64,000 bases of DNA from Macrostomum lignano (Eukaryota), in contig NIVC01001020.1 of the NCBI GenBank assembly GCA_002269645.1, positions 314,839-378,838 of the forward strand, given 5' to 3'. Under the pieces are notes generated by a model. It did no database searches and had not been told where the DNA came from. It saw only the letters and a program-made list of their open reading frames with translations. How positions within the stretch are numbered: the first letter of the stretch is position 1; each line of letters opens with the position of its first letter. Made by a program: the position numbers and the translations under genes. Positions 1 through 11,049 of the stretch are shown one piece after another.

Positions 1-3000
1 CAAATGCTGCCATGAAGGCGTCAATGGCACTGACGGAGGGCACCGCTAGGAAGCTGCGTCTTAGGAAGGCTTCGAAAAGAGCATCGTAGAGAAGAGCGTA
101 CTGGCGAGCGTCGGGCAGGGCGTTTGGACGGCCCCGGCGGAGATCGCGAGCGCACTGTTAAATCGGTGAGGGAAAATAGAGGTGCAAATACTTTGTTTAG
201 TGTTTCATTTTCTGATATTTTCTTTCCTGACTGTACAGTCTCACCTTGCAGACGCTGACACTGCCGTTCTCTCGTGCCGCCTGCTGCAGCAGCCAGTCGA
301 GTCCGATAAACACGCAGGTCGCTCCGATGCCTGTTCGGCAGTGCACCAACATCGGACCGTCCTCAATTCGAGCAGCCGACCGCACAGCGATGTACATGGC
401 CACCAGACCAGGGTGTCGGCTGCTCGACAGGCCAGCTGGTAGTGGGTCACCCGCATTCCGTTGACTCTCAATCGGGTGACGGTGAACTCGTGACGTCGCT
501 GTCGAGACTCACAGCGAACGGTCACGCCGCCTATGCTTAGAGTCTGCCCAGCCGCCTCAGGCCAATATTGAAATGCCAGATGCTCCTGAAATCAGGATCG
601 AATTGGTTTATCACATGTAGTTGAATTAGGATATTTGATGTAACCTGTAGTTCTCTCTCACCTGACTTCCACCAGCTGCCACCACCTGAGCAACATTCTG
701 CTCCAGCACGGCTCTCCAGAGCAACTCTGCCGACCTGTCATCCATAGGTGACTGAGCAGCAATGTAGGCGTCCCGTCTGACATATCCCTTCATTACTGAC
801 GCATTGTAGTATGCATCTTCGTCTTCTTTGAAGGTCACTCGATTGTAGTCGTAGGGGAAACACAGCGGAGTGGCGTTCTTCGACGCGTTCTCCAACCGCC
901 TGGCGACTTCGCACGGTCTGTGCGGCTGGTGACCGCGCGGCAGCGAGTCGAATTCAGCCTGGAATGTAGCGGAGGAAGTTTCCGTTGACCGGTGAACTCA
1001 CACACCTTCAGCCAGGTGTGCATTTATTCTAGCTTTCTCATTGCCAACGGAACTCCCGTGAGTTCGCTCTCACGAGAGGGATACACTCATACTTCTAGTA
1101 TTTTTTGTCACCTGGAAGCTCAGCTGGCCATCAGATTTGGTCAGATCGGCTGTGCCGTGAGAATTATCCGGAGTAGCAGATGACGCAATCGGACCGCTTA
1201 GCACTGGTCGACGCGGCTCGATAAGGTCCGTGATCGGAGTCCAGTAGCGCGCCGACCTGGGCTCGGCCAAGCTCACCTGACCCCCCATAGTTGTCATGGC
1301 AACACCAGGCGGCGGTAGCTTTTTCTCGCTTGGAAATCGTCCGCGCAGCCGGCACCACAGCACCGCGGCAGCGATGCAGAGTGCCAGAAAGAGAACAATG
1401 CAGAGAGCCACGATGAGACCCATGCTGTCTGCTGGGCCAGGCGGAGCGGAGGTCGCTGCAGTTGTCGGTGGCGAAGTGGCTGAACTTGTTGCTGAAGTAT
1501 CCGCTACAGTGGAACTCGCTGAAATCGAGTGCATGAGTCGCAGAGTTGTACGCTAGTGTCAAAGAAAATTCATACACTGTATTGAATAAATAAACCTAGA
1601 TAACTTTTTGTCTAGCCCATTCAAAGCGTGCTCTTTTGCTTGGAAAATAAGCTCGTAAGTAAAATCTCACGAGTTTCAGAAGTTGTTGCCGCGTCTGCTG
1701 TTGTAGTCGCACCATCAGTTGACGGTTTGTCTGTAACTGTAAAGGTGCGAGATGAGTCAAGTCAAACCATGAGTTCTCGTAGATAATAACTAATCACAAT
1801 ATACTAAATCTCTAATAATAACTAACGATTGATTGCACCTGCCCTAATGGGCAGGCTGAAGGCTGCGTACGGCTGTTCAGTCCAAGGACTGGGATGTCAC
1901 AACACACACCCTCAATTACCCAGCTAATGCTGGCACCCATTTTACAGCTGGGTGAACTGAAGCAATGCAGAGTTTAGTGTCTTGCTCAAGGACACAAATT
2001 GTTTCGAGTGGGTCGAGAGTCGAACCCCCGACCTTCAAGTCGTGAGTCCGACACTCTAGCCACTAGGCTACCTCGTTGAATAGTAAACATATTTGCAAGC
2101 GATGACACAACAGTAAAAACTACGCCTAACTGAGTATTCAGATTTTGCTAAACTCCAAAAAATCAAATAATTTAACCAATTGAATTTGAACATCAGTTAT
2201 AGAGGACTCGCTGCGCAACTGTATAAATCCAATCAAGATAGAAAAACTGTGGCCTTGAATTTCTGCAGTAAATCATAATCACCCTCTTTAATTTTGTTGA
2301 ACGATTGCAACAGTAATACGAGGACAACAAAATAACAGTACAGAGCTCAGATGCGGCGTTACCTTCTCTATCTGTAGTTACTGAGGAACTGCTCAAGGTC
2401 GTGGTGAGTGCTGTTTAATCAAGAAAATATAGCACATTTCTCTTATCTTTTCTGAGGATTTTATCCTTTAGGCGAAAAAACTGAATATAAAACAGGATTA
2501 ACTGTATCGTACTTGTTGTCTGAGTAGATGTTGATGAACCTGGAGTTGTGCCTGAAATTTGGTAGACAAAAATTATCCTTCTATTTAATGGTGTCCTCTG
2601 GCCCCTCGATTTCCCAGGAAAACAAACACATGGCATTTCCACACCGCAAGCTGCCTTATCACGGGGTGTAACCAGGAATTTTGTTCTTTTAGTTGCTCAT
2701 ATTTGAATGGTCATTCAACCTCCTGCAGGGAGGTACTACATGATATCCAGAGGATAAAGGGTCGCCTTGTCCAAACCTCTGGCTACGCCCCGACTTACAG
2801 CATTCAGTTGTTGCCATTTCCAAAAATGTTTACCTGCGCAATCGACGCTGCTGGCAGCGCTGGAGTTCCCTGGCGGCGCGAATCTCTCGTAAAAGTCCAC
2901 CGATCGGTAGAATATCCGAACGCGGAACTGATGCTGCAGGGATGGATCAACGCTGCCGACATCGACCCAGGCCTGGTGGGGAGACCCGGTGACATTCGCA

Positions 3001-3460
3001 CGCTCCGTCCACAGGTCCCGACCGACCACGGCCGACTCAATCTGGTAGAAGCCGACATTTCCTACTCCAACGTCAAACGTTGAGTTGAACGGTCGGAAAG
3101 CGACGAGAAACCTGCCGCAGCCGGACTCCACAATCCAGGGCGGCGTTGTGATCTCCGGCATTCTCACATGGCAGCTGCTCTCCGCCCACCTGGGGTCGCA
3201 GCCGCTCTGGCAGTTGCCGTTCTTCCTGTCGCAAACTTCGGTGGCGTTGGCGCAGTGGCACCGCAGGGCGCAGTTGTAGGAGAACCAGTTCGGCTCACAG
3301 AGCGCGTTGCACAGCGGCAGGTTCTTCCAGCCTTTCTGACACCGCACGGTGCAGCCACCGTCTGTGGAACTGTTGCAGTTGGCTTCAAAGTCGCAGTGCT
3401 CCGTGCAGCTGAGGTTGCAGCTGGGACCGAAGCTGCCGCTGCTGCAGGCGGCGACTGCAG
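1..3460 (-). CDS. Receptor-type protein tyrosine phosphatase-like gene (EGF-like/FN3-like ectodomain, Ser/Thr-rich stalk, TM, degenerate PTP domain); multi-exon, 3' end outside window, one apparent frameshift
   Basis: Exons read by hand: 1-154 (CARDLRRGRPNALPDARQYALLYDALFEAF, PTP C-terminal Q-loop); 245-~585 (QYWPE...VTHYQL, then HCRTGIGAT); ~669-959 (EFDSL...KNATPLCFPYDYNRV...YYNAS...YIAAQSP); ~1070-1534 with TM LIVALCIVLFLALCIAAAVLW; small S/T-rich exons at ~1680-2560; ~2736-3458 with Cys-rich EGF repeats flanking an FN3-like segment. 5' start not located. Confidence 0.85.
1835..2072 (-). mobile_element. tRNA-derived SINE with CORE-like central domain
   Basis: Minus strand: A box TAGCCTAGTGG, B box GGTTCGACTC, then TGTGTCCTTGAGCAAGACACT...CAGCTGTAAAATGGG, resembling the MIR CORE. 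A second copy lies at 26012-26223. Confidence 0.85.
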
Positions 3461-4338
3461 GATTGACGCAGCGATCAAAAAGTTGCATTTGAACTCGATT
3501 GATTATGCAAAAATTTGGAATTCGGGCAATACTGTACGCAGGCACACACTCATACACTCGCTCACACAGGGTGAACAGGACTTTCTAATTGTCAGGAATG
3601 TACACTCTAATCGAACCACTGTCTTACCGTCTTGTGTCCTAATTTTTGGCAGTCAAATCGCAACGGCACAATCAATTTGAGTTCTTAATAAGACAAACTC
3701 ACAGCTTTTGGAATGAACGCCCGGAAGCAGAAACCCCAGACAGAACAGAAGACAGCAGGTGGTTGAGACGGTCAAACTTCTTGAAGAGACCACCTGCATG
3801 TTCGCCGTTTGCTTCAACAAAGCCAGTTGCTAACCGGCAACAAATTCTTTGTCTGTTGACCAGGACTTTTTGCAGCCAAGCTGACTCACTATAGCTCAGC
3901 TGGAGTTTGTGTTCTGCTTTTGGGCGGGAAAGACAGACAGTCTTATCAGCTGGCCTTATCAACACGGCGCTCGCGATTCCAAGACTCAGGTCGGAGTAAT
4001 TCTCGATGCGAAACAGCAAATCAACGCGTATCCTAGCAACGCGTGAATGCAATATCTGTCCTCAAGAAAATGACAAAATTCGGCAAAAATTCGACTTGTG
4101 AATTACTCGTATTTCACTAGCAAATTTATTTTTTGGAACATGCATCCAGCAACAAGCAAAAAAATTAGACAAAAGCACATAATTTTAAATTTGTACACGC
4201 AATCAGCAAAACATGTATCCGATGGTTAGAAAGAATTTCAACAAAGTTAGGCATGTAAATTTACAAGTTATCGTTTGGAATCTTGAGTCTATATTTCTAC
4301 GAAAATATGAATCGTAATCGATTTCCATTGCGATTGAA

Positions 4339-7330
4339 TCAGAATGCGTCAAGTTCTGGAGACATGAAGGACGTCTCACATTCGGTGTCTGAAAGGCGAA
4401 AAAGTTTCTGAAGTTTTTGGCTTCTTATCTGGCCTACATATAAATTGGCCTTAGGCTAACATTTGCCTCAAAAATTGCGCATTAAATTCTCTAGTATCCT
4501 ACTTATAGTAAGCGATATTGATTTTATTCTAATTTTTGTACACGTCGCATCGCGTCTTACACTGAACCTCCTTGCCGGGATTCACTTCGTATTTCGACGG
4601 TTTTTTAAGTCGTTCCAACAGAGTCCGGCGAATCACGGCGGCGAACACCAGCCCGACGCTGACGAGCAAAGCGCTAGTCAGAATGATGCCGATCCGAGAG
4701 AAGCTGTCGCCTTGGTAACCGGGGGTGCAATTTTGCTTTAGATGGAAGCTTTTAGTATATAGGACTAGCAATCAGCGCCCCCCGTTGGGAAGCTCACAAA
4801 TAATGGAATATTTTTTGAATAAACTACATGTAGCTTCTAACCTCTCAGCCTTGACATCTCAGCAATTCCCCCGTCAGCCTTGACATCCCAGCTATTCTAC
4901 CCAAGAATCCCATAATTATAGCAATCAATGCACACGCTCACACAGGATGCACAGCAGCCTTGACTTTCCAATCGTCAGGCATGTATCCTGAGATACTTTA
5001 CGCAGACACGCACTGGCACACTTGATCATCGAAGCTCACTGTTGTACTGAAAGCAGGAATTGTCCTCCTTGTCCATCGACTCGTCGCTCAGGTCCGGACA
5101 CTGGGCCAGGCCGTCACAGCTGGCCGGCTTCGGGATGCAGATTCGGCTGCTCCGGCATTTGAAGTCTTCGCAGAGGTGCGCTGTCAGAGAATCAGAGGTT
5201 GCAAGTTGTTCACTGCAACACAAAGAACAAGTAAAAGAACCACGTACCGCCTTCATGCCTCATTCGCTGAGTTTTGCAACAGGGCTCCTGTCTCTACTTC
5301 GAAGTGCATTTACATTAACTCTATTCATATTTTTGTCCTTGTCCGAAGTTCCAGACTTTCACAACACTAAATGCACACAATGATCTTTTCTAACTAGCTG
5401 AGAGGCACAAGTTTCCTGTGCATGAATGAATGAATGAGCCACGACCTTGGCTCAGCTCTCTCTCTCTCTCTCTCTCTCTCAGTCAAAAGGTTTTTGTTTG
5501 TTAAGCAAAATACACCATGGCAATTCGTGCTTTGAACTGAAAGAAAACACAGGTCAGTTACAGGGTAAGACTGCATCCCTGTTTACCCCACTGTCAATCC
5601 CATGTTGAGCTCACTAAGAGTGCACGGCCAGGATCGATTGCAGCTCGCTTTGATGCGAGACTGAGTCCCAATCGATTAGAGACAAAACATGCTCAGGTTT
5701 CACTGAAATCAGGCCGGAATTCTCACTAAATTGCATGTGAGTATATGGCATTAAGTGACAGTGCAAGGTCGCTGCAGGGACTCGGGTTACTGCTCCACTT
5801 TCTCTCCATGGAAACTCAAGTGCACTCGCTCTTCAAGCATGTGTTTCATTCAGTGCCTCACTGCCAAATCAGTGCCTCAGTGCCAAATCAGTGCCTCAGT
5901 GCCAAATCAGTGCCTCAGTGCCAAATCAGTGCCTCAGTGCCAAATCAGTGCCTTAGTGCCAACTCAGTGCCCCACTGCCAAATCAGTGCCTCACTGCCAA
6001 CTCAGTGCCCCACTGCCAAATCAGTGCCTCACTGTCAACTCAGTGCCTCACTGCCAAATCAGTGCCTCACTGCCAACTCAGTGCCCCACTGCCAAATCAG
6101 TGCCTCACTGTCAACTCAGTGTCTCACTGCCAAATCAGTGCCTCACTGTCAACTCAGTGCCTCAGTGCCAAATCAGTGCCTCACTGCCAAATCAGTGCCT
6201 CACTGCCAACTCAGTGCCCCACTGCCAAATCAGTGCCTCAGTGCCAAATCAGTGCCTCAGTGCCAAATCAGTGCCTCACTGCCAAATCAGTGCCTCACTG
6301 TCAACTCAGTGCCTCAGTGCCAAATCAGTGCCTCAGTGCCAAATCAGTGCCTCACTGTCAACTCAGTGCCTCAGTGCCAAATCAGTGCCTCAGTGCCAAA
6401 TCAGTGCCTCAGTGCCAAATCAGTGCCTCACTGCCAAATCAGTGCCTCAGTGCCAAATCAGTGCCTCACTGCCAAATCAGTGCCTCACTGCCAAATCAGT
6501 GCCTCACTGTCAAATCAGTGCCTCACTGTCAAATCAGTGCCTCACTGTAAAATCAGTGCCTCACTGCCAAATCAGTGCCTCACTGCCAAATCAGTGCCAC
6601 ACTGTCAACTCAGTGCCTCACTGCCAAATCAGTGCCTCACTGTCAACTCAGTGCCTCACTGCCAAATCAGTGCCTCACTGCCAAATCAGTGCCTCAGTGC
6701 CAAATCAGTGCCTCACTGCCAAATCAGTGCCTCAGTGCCAAATCAGTGCCTCACTGCCAAATCAGTGCCTCACTGCCAAATCAGTGCCTCACTGCCAAAT
6801 CAGTGCCTCACTGCCAAATCAGTGCCTCACTCCCGCACTTACGCCTGTAAAACGCGGCCGCAGTGAGCAGCAGAGGATCTGCTTTTAGCGAGTTCGAGTG
6901 CTGCTGAAATTCGGCCGGCTCAGCGCTCGGTTCCGCCTGGCTAAGCAGTCTCACGGACAGGCTGGTCTGGAATATCTCCCTCGGCCAGCTGCAGACCGAC
7001 AGCGATTTCTAAGAAATGGTTGGTGAATTCCGGAGCTACTATTTTTAAAGGCCGTCCTGAGAGAAGCTACGGTGCTTTAAAAGAAATGGCTCACATTATT
7101 AACCAGGTCGTCGATTTGGATTGACAGCCGGCACACGAGATGCCTGTTCACGATTCGGAACACGAAGTTTTCCGCGCGCTGGCCGAACTGCGGGTCCGGA
7201 GTTAGCAGCACCGAGCAAGCTGCCGCGTCAGGCTGCGGACCTGCTGACGAAGAGTTCTGCGCCAGCTCGAACGTGACTAATGAGCTTTCTACGGGTAGCC
7301 AGGTACAGTTCTGATGAGGCGTTGTCAGGA
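4339..7330 (-). CDS. Single-pass membrane protein, CUB-like + LDL-receptor class A + TM (5' end uncertain)
   Basis: LDLa exon ~5040-5185 (CEDFKCRSSRICIPKPASCDGLAQCPDLSDE); phase-compatible 44-nt exon 4944-4987; TM exon ending at 4735 (IGIILTSALLVSVGLVFAAVI); probable last exon 4339-4388; upstream exons ~6840-7020 and ~7095-7330 look CUB-like (CSVLLTP...CRLSI; LSVRLLS...LTAAAFY). Confidence 0.55.
5850..6831. repeat. 19-bp minisatellite (TCAGTGCCTCACTGCCAAA), ~52 copies, intronic
   Basis: Directly visible tandem unit with variants (CAGT/CACT, CAAA/CAAC). Confidence 0.97.
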
Positions 7331-7882
7331 ATACTGAAATTTCGGATAGAAAAGGATATATTTACGAGCGTATGTTGCAATGGGAGGGGCATGAGACTTC
7401 CTGCCTTCTCGCTGCATGTCAACGGGTCGGCAGCATCACACCTGCCGATATTATTATTCACAATCAGGATTCTTTGCTACCAGGGCGCGTCTTGAGCCCG
7501 CGCAGCAATCGGTTGCGTATGGTTTCCCCAGGACAGTACGTTCTGCTACAGTAAAGTGCATTTTCGGTTTTGAGACATGCAGTACGCTCGTTCGCGAGGA
7601 CCCATGAGCGGATCTAGTCAGCAGAGACAAGCGCGGATGCATTCGTTCTTGAGATTATTAAGACAAATCAACCACTGCATAATATGCGGACCATGCAGTC
7701 GATGCTTCATCTTTTATGAAATACAAATGCCAGCTGTGGCTGAATTTTCATCAGTCACAAAGCATCCACAGCCGGGAGCCATGAAACCTCATTCAGTTTG
7801 CTTTCGTATTTCTTCTTCTCTTCTCTTTGCTTTCAATAAACCTATAGTCTAACGTTGTGCGAAGATCTTTTCTTTATTTTTA

Positions 7883-8074
<192 letters not shown>

Positions 8075-8570
8075 AATCTGGCATACAAATTGTGTTAAAC
8101 TGTGTGCAAGGCAATTCTATCCATTTATCACAAGCAGGGAGCCTCATTCAAGTTCCTATCATGCCTCGGGACTTTTTGTCAGGCAGCCGTGCTTAGCAGA
8201 GCAGTGTCACGCATCTGCCTTCCTGCCCCGGCCAGACTGGCAATGCCACAGCAGTCCTGGGCTCAAAGGCAAACCAGAAAAAATCTCTTCATCAATGGAA
8301 AAAGAAACGAGAGAGGGATGCAGATAAGATGAGGCGCGCGGATGCTGGGAAGAGAGAGAGGGGAAGCTAATTGGGAACTGCAGAGCTGCCGGACAAAAGG
8401 CCCATCAGCTCATTACTCAACTGGCCTGTGCAGGTCACCTGCGCACTGAGCACTCAAAGGTATAACTAAAAATTAATCAATTTTCTGCGGCTGCAATGCA
8501 ATGCATGAATTCGTCCCTACGCAATGTGAAAGTTCATAAATCCATAAAAAACAACTATTTTTTTACTGTG

Positions 8571-8791
8571 ACACAGAGAGTTTCTTTAATTGAAGCTTTC
8601 TCGGCGAGACACAAATCTCGCTCACAATATATTTATAGAGGTGAAACTCCTAATTGCACGTTGCATTGCCAAATCGATACGCAATCACCTACACATTCTA
8701 GTCTGAGTACAGTATACGCCCACGCATTCAATAAGGTCAATAGTTAATTGTCAGTGGTCAGTTCATTGCGCAAGCATTGTCAATCACTACA
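8571..8791 (-). repeat. 3' LTR (last ~16 bp missing relative to 5' LTR)
   Basis: Matches 10357-10577 and is preceded on the minus strand by the polypurine tract GGAAGGGGGGAGAA. Confidence 0.93.
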
Positions 8792-10339
8792 TTCTCCCCC
8801 CTTCCGGAAGAGGATAACGCGCCGGTTGCCGTCAAGCTCGAGTTGACCTTCGAAGTTCAGGTGGAGGTGGCGGCTCGCCCGTCCGTGGGGCGGAGCCGGC
8901 GGCAGCGGCAAATCGAACCAGTCGTCCTCTTGGTCGGCCGCGCCGTTGTCAGCCGGTGGGCTGTTGCACTTAACCAGCCGACTCGCTTGCCACTTTGTAC
9001 CGTCGGACAGCACGAAGGTGTTGCGCCCTGCTCGGGAGGCGATCTTTAGCGGTTCCTTCAGTCGGGTCGCCAGCTTGTGCGCTCGGTGCGGCGTCTGTCG
9101 CCAGACCCAGTCTCCGGCCTGGAGCATAGAGTCACGAGCTCGCCTTCGCTTGTTGGTGTAGTCGGCATTCTTGGCTTGCCTCTGTGCGATGCTGTCTCGC
9201 AGGTCGCTGTCGTCCCGCTGTTGCACTGGAGTTGGCCTGAGCAGCTGCAGTCCGGACCGCAGCTTGCGCCCGATCATCAGCTCGGCTGGAGTCAGCCCGG
9301 TGAGAGCGTGCTGGCTGGTCCTGTAGGTCTTGAGCACCAGGTCGATGGCGTCCTCGAACTTCGCTCCCGCCCTCAGGTTCGCTGCCAGGCCCTCCTTCAG
9401 ACTCCGGTTGAATCGCTCGACTCCGCCGTTGCCTTGCGGGTAGTACCGGCTCACTCGGCTGTGCTGGATGCCCTCGGCTCGCAGGAACTCTTCGAACTCG
9501 TCGCTGACGAACTGGGGTCCGTTGTCGCTGATCAGCATCTTCGGGAGTCCCCACCGGCCGAATAGCTTCCGAAGCGTCTTGATGATGTTGGCAGAGGTGA
9601 CGGTTTCCATGGCTGCAATCTCCGGCCACTTGCTGTACAGGTCGTGGATCACCAGTAGAAACCGCTGGTGTCGAGGAGCCGCGGCGACCTCGCCGAAGAT
9701 GTCGATCTCGACCTTGTCCCACGGTCCATCTGGCCACTCGATTGGTGTCACGATCGTCTGTTGAGGCTTGCCGGACTTCTCCGCCAGAGTGCAGGCCGTG
9801 CAGTTCTTGACGTAGTCCTCCACCTGCCGGTCAATTCCAGGAAACCAGACCGTGTCGCGACACAGCTGCTTTGACCGAACGACGCCCGGATGCCCTTCGT
9901 GGGCCTCCTCGATGACTTGAAGTCGCAGGCTCGTCGGAATGATCGCGCGTTCACCACGACCGAGGCACTGACCGTTGTTCCAGCAGAACAGCTCGTCCCG
10001 GACGTTGAAGTACGGCTTTAGAGAGCTGTCCACCTTCGTTGGCCAGCCGCCCGAGATGTACCGCAAAACCGCCTGCAGCACTTCGTCCTCCTTGGTCGCC
10101 GTTGCCAGTGCGTCTGCCGTCAGCGTTGTCTTCGAGTCGACGACTGCGTAGACGTAGCCCTCCTCGTCGGTCTCCTCGGCTGGAACGCGCTCCGTCGTGG
10201 CCCATCTGGACAGCATGTCCGCGCACTTGTTGTCAGCGCCAGGGATGTGCTCAAACCGGACGTCGTAGCCGCGAAGTCTCTCGACCCATCGATGAATGGC
10301 ATCGATGAGGCCTGTGCCCCATCCCATCCTCGTCGCCAT
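8780..10339 (-). CDS. Gypsy integrase ORF, 519 aa from the ATG overlapping the PBS (RNase H tail + HHCC + DDE core)
   Basis: RWVERLRGYD...IPGADNKCADMLSR (RNase H end); HEGHPG...CTAC (zinc finger); EIDIF, SDNGPQF, NGGVERFNR (D,D35E). Confidence 0.93.
   Translation of the reverse strand: MATRMGWGTGLIDAIHRWVERLRGYDVRFEHIPGADNKCADMLSRWATTERVPAEETDEEGYVYAVVDSKTTLTADALATATKEDEVLQAVLRYISGGWPTKVDSSLKPYFNVRDELFCWNNGQCLGRGERAIIPTSLRLQVIEEAHEGHPGVVRSKQLCRDTVWFPGIDRQVEDYVKNCTACTLAEKSGKPQQTIVTPIEWPDGPWDKVEIDIFGEVAAAPRHQRFLLVIHDLYSKWPEIAAMETVTSANIIKTLRKLFGRWGLPKMLISDNGPQFVSDEFEEFLRAEGIQHSRVSRYYPQGNGGVERFNRSLKEGLAANLRAGAKFEDAIDLVLKTYRTSQHALTGLTPAELMIGRKLRSGLQLLRPTPVQQRDDSDLRDSIAQRQAKNADYTNKRRRARDSMLQAGDWVWRQTPHRAHKLATRLKEPLKIASRAGRNTFVLSDGTKWQASRLVKCNSPPADNGAADQEDDWFDLPLPPAPPHGRASRHLHLNFEGQLELDGNRRVILFRKGGECSD
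10321..10338 (-). promoter_or_regulatory. Primer-binding site complementary to tRNA-Ser(GCU) 3' end
   Basis: The plus strand reads ATCCCATCCTCGTCGCCA, the 3' 18 nt including CCA of eukaryotic tRNA-Ser(GCU) as I recall it. It lies 2 nt from the LTR end. Confidence 0.85.
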
Positions 10340-10340
10340 T

Positions 10341-10577
10341 TGTTGTGTTCTAATTAACACAGAGAGTTTCTTTAATTGAAGCTTTCTCGGCGAGACACAA
10401 ATCTCGCTCACAATATATTTATAGAGGTGAAACTCCTACTTGCACGTTGCATTGCCAAATCGATACGCAATCACCTACACATTCTAGTCTGAGTACAGTA
10501 TACGCCCACGCATTCAATAAGGTCAATAGTTAATTGTCAGTGGTCAGTTGATTGCGCAAGCATTGTCAATCACTACA
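10341..10577 (-). repeat. 5' LTR, 237 bp, TG...CA
   Basis: Minus strand TGTAGTG...CAACA; contains TATAAATA-like and AATTAAA motifs. Confidence 0.93.
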
Positions 10578-11049
10578 CTCACCTCGAAGCGAGCCCGAGC
10601 CAAAAACTTGCAAATGAGTGCAGAAGAATATTAACAGTGTTCCGGTTGCTAGGGCCCATAGCAACGGCATGTCTGGCTTGGAGAATGCAACTTGGGATGC
10701 TGAACTGCTGGATTTCCCTGCCCTGGGCCTGAACTACACGGGGCACAGCCGCTTAACAGGCCGCTGTTTGGCCAATGAAACCGGTCGGTATTCACTGTCC
10801 AATCAGCCTTGGGTTGCGTCTCCTTTTCAAACTGCAAAAGAAAGAAAGAACGTAAGGAAAGGAATTCATTGACTGAAGGACTGCTTGAATCAAGGGTCGG
10901 TAAATGCTTTTTTACCGTAGGGGCCAGGCAGAGAAACCAGGGAGAGAGGGGAAGAAATAGGGAAGATAGAGGAGAGATAGGAAAAAAGAAGAGTTGAGGG
11001 AATAAAGGAAAAGAGAAAAGACTAAAGGAGAGGACAGGGGAAAGAAGGG

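Larger units (their letters stand above)
8571..10577 (-). mobile_element. Internally deleted Ty3/Gypsy LTR retrotransposon (LTR-PBS-integrase-PPT-LTR)
   Basis: Direct repeats 10341-10577 and 8571-8791 with 2 mismatches over ~221 shared bp; both start TGTAGTG on the minus strand. PBS at 10321-10338, PPT at 8792-8805. The interior encodes only the RNase H tail and integrase. Confidence 0.95.

Noticed and set aside
2000-2072. Functional tRNA gene
   Set aside because: The A and B boxes are followed by a SINE body, with no complete acceptor stem or poly-T terminator.
3699-4052. TIR-domain-like or LINE-like ORF
   Set aside because: Only superficial resemblance (ESAW; FW.GK...SW on the other strand); the neighbouring TM gene appears to stop at 4339.
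5745-6888. Cys/Gln-rich ORFs of 370+ aa
   Set aside because: Products of the 19-bp array, which is open in all plus frames and lies in an intron of a minus-strand gene.
8832-8834. Selenocysteine or programmed readthrough at the TGA in the integrase tail frame
   Set aside because: A CGA-to-TGA transition in a frame already disconnected from the ORF is the simpler explanation; no SECIS seen.
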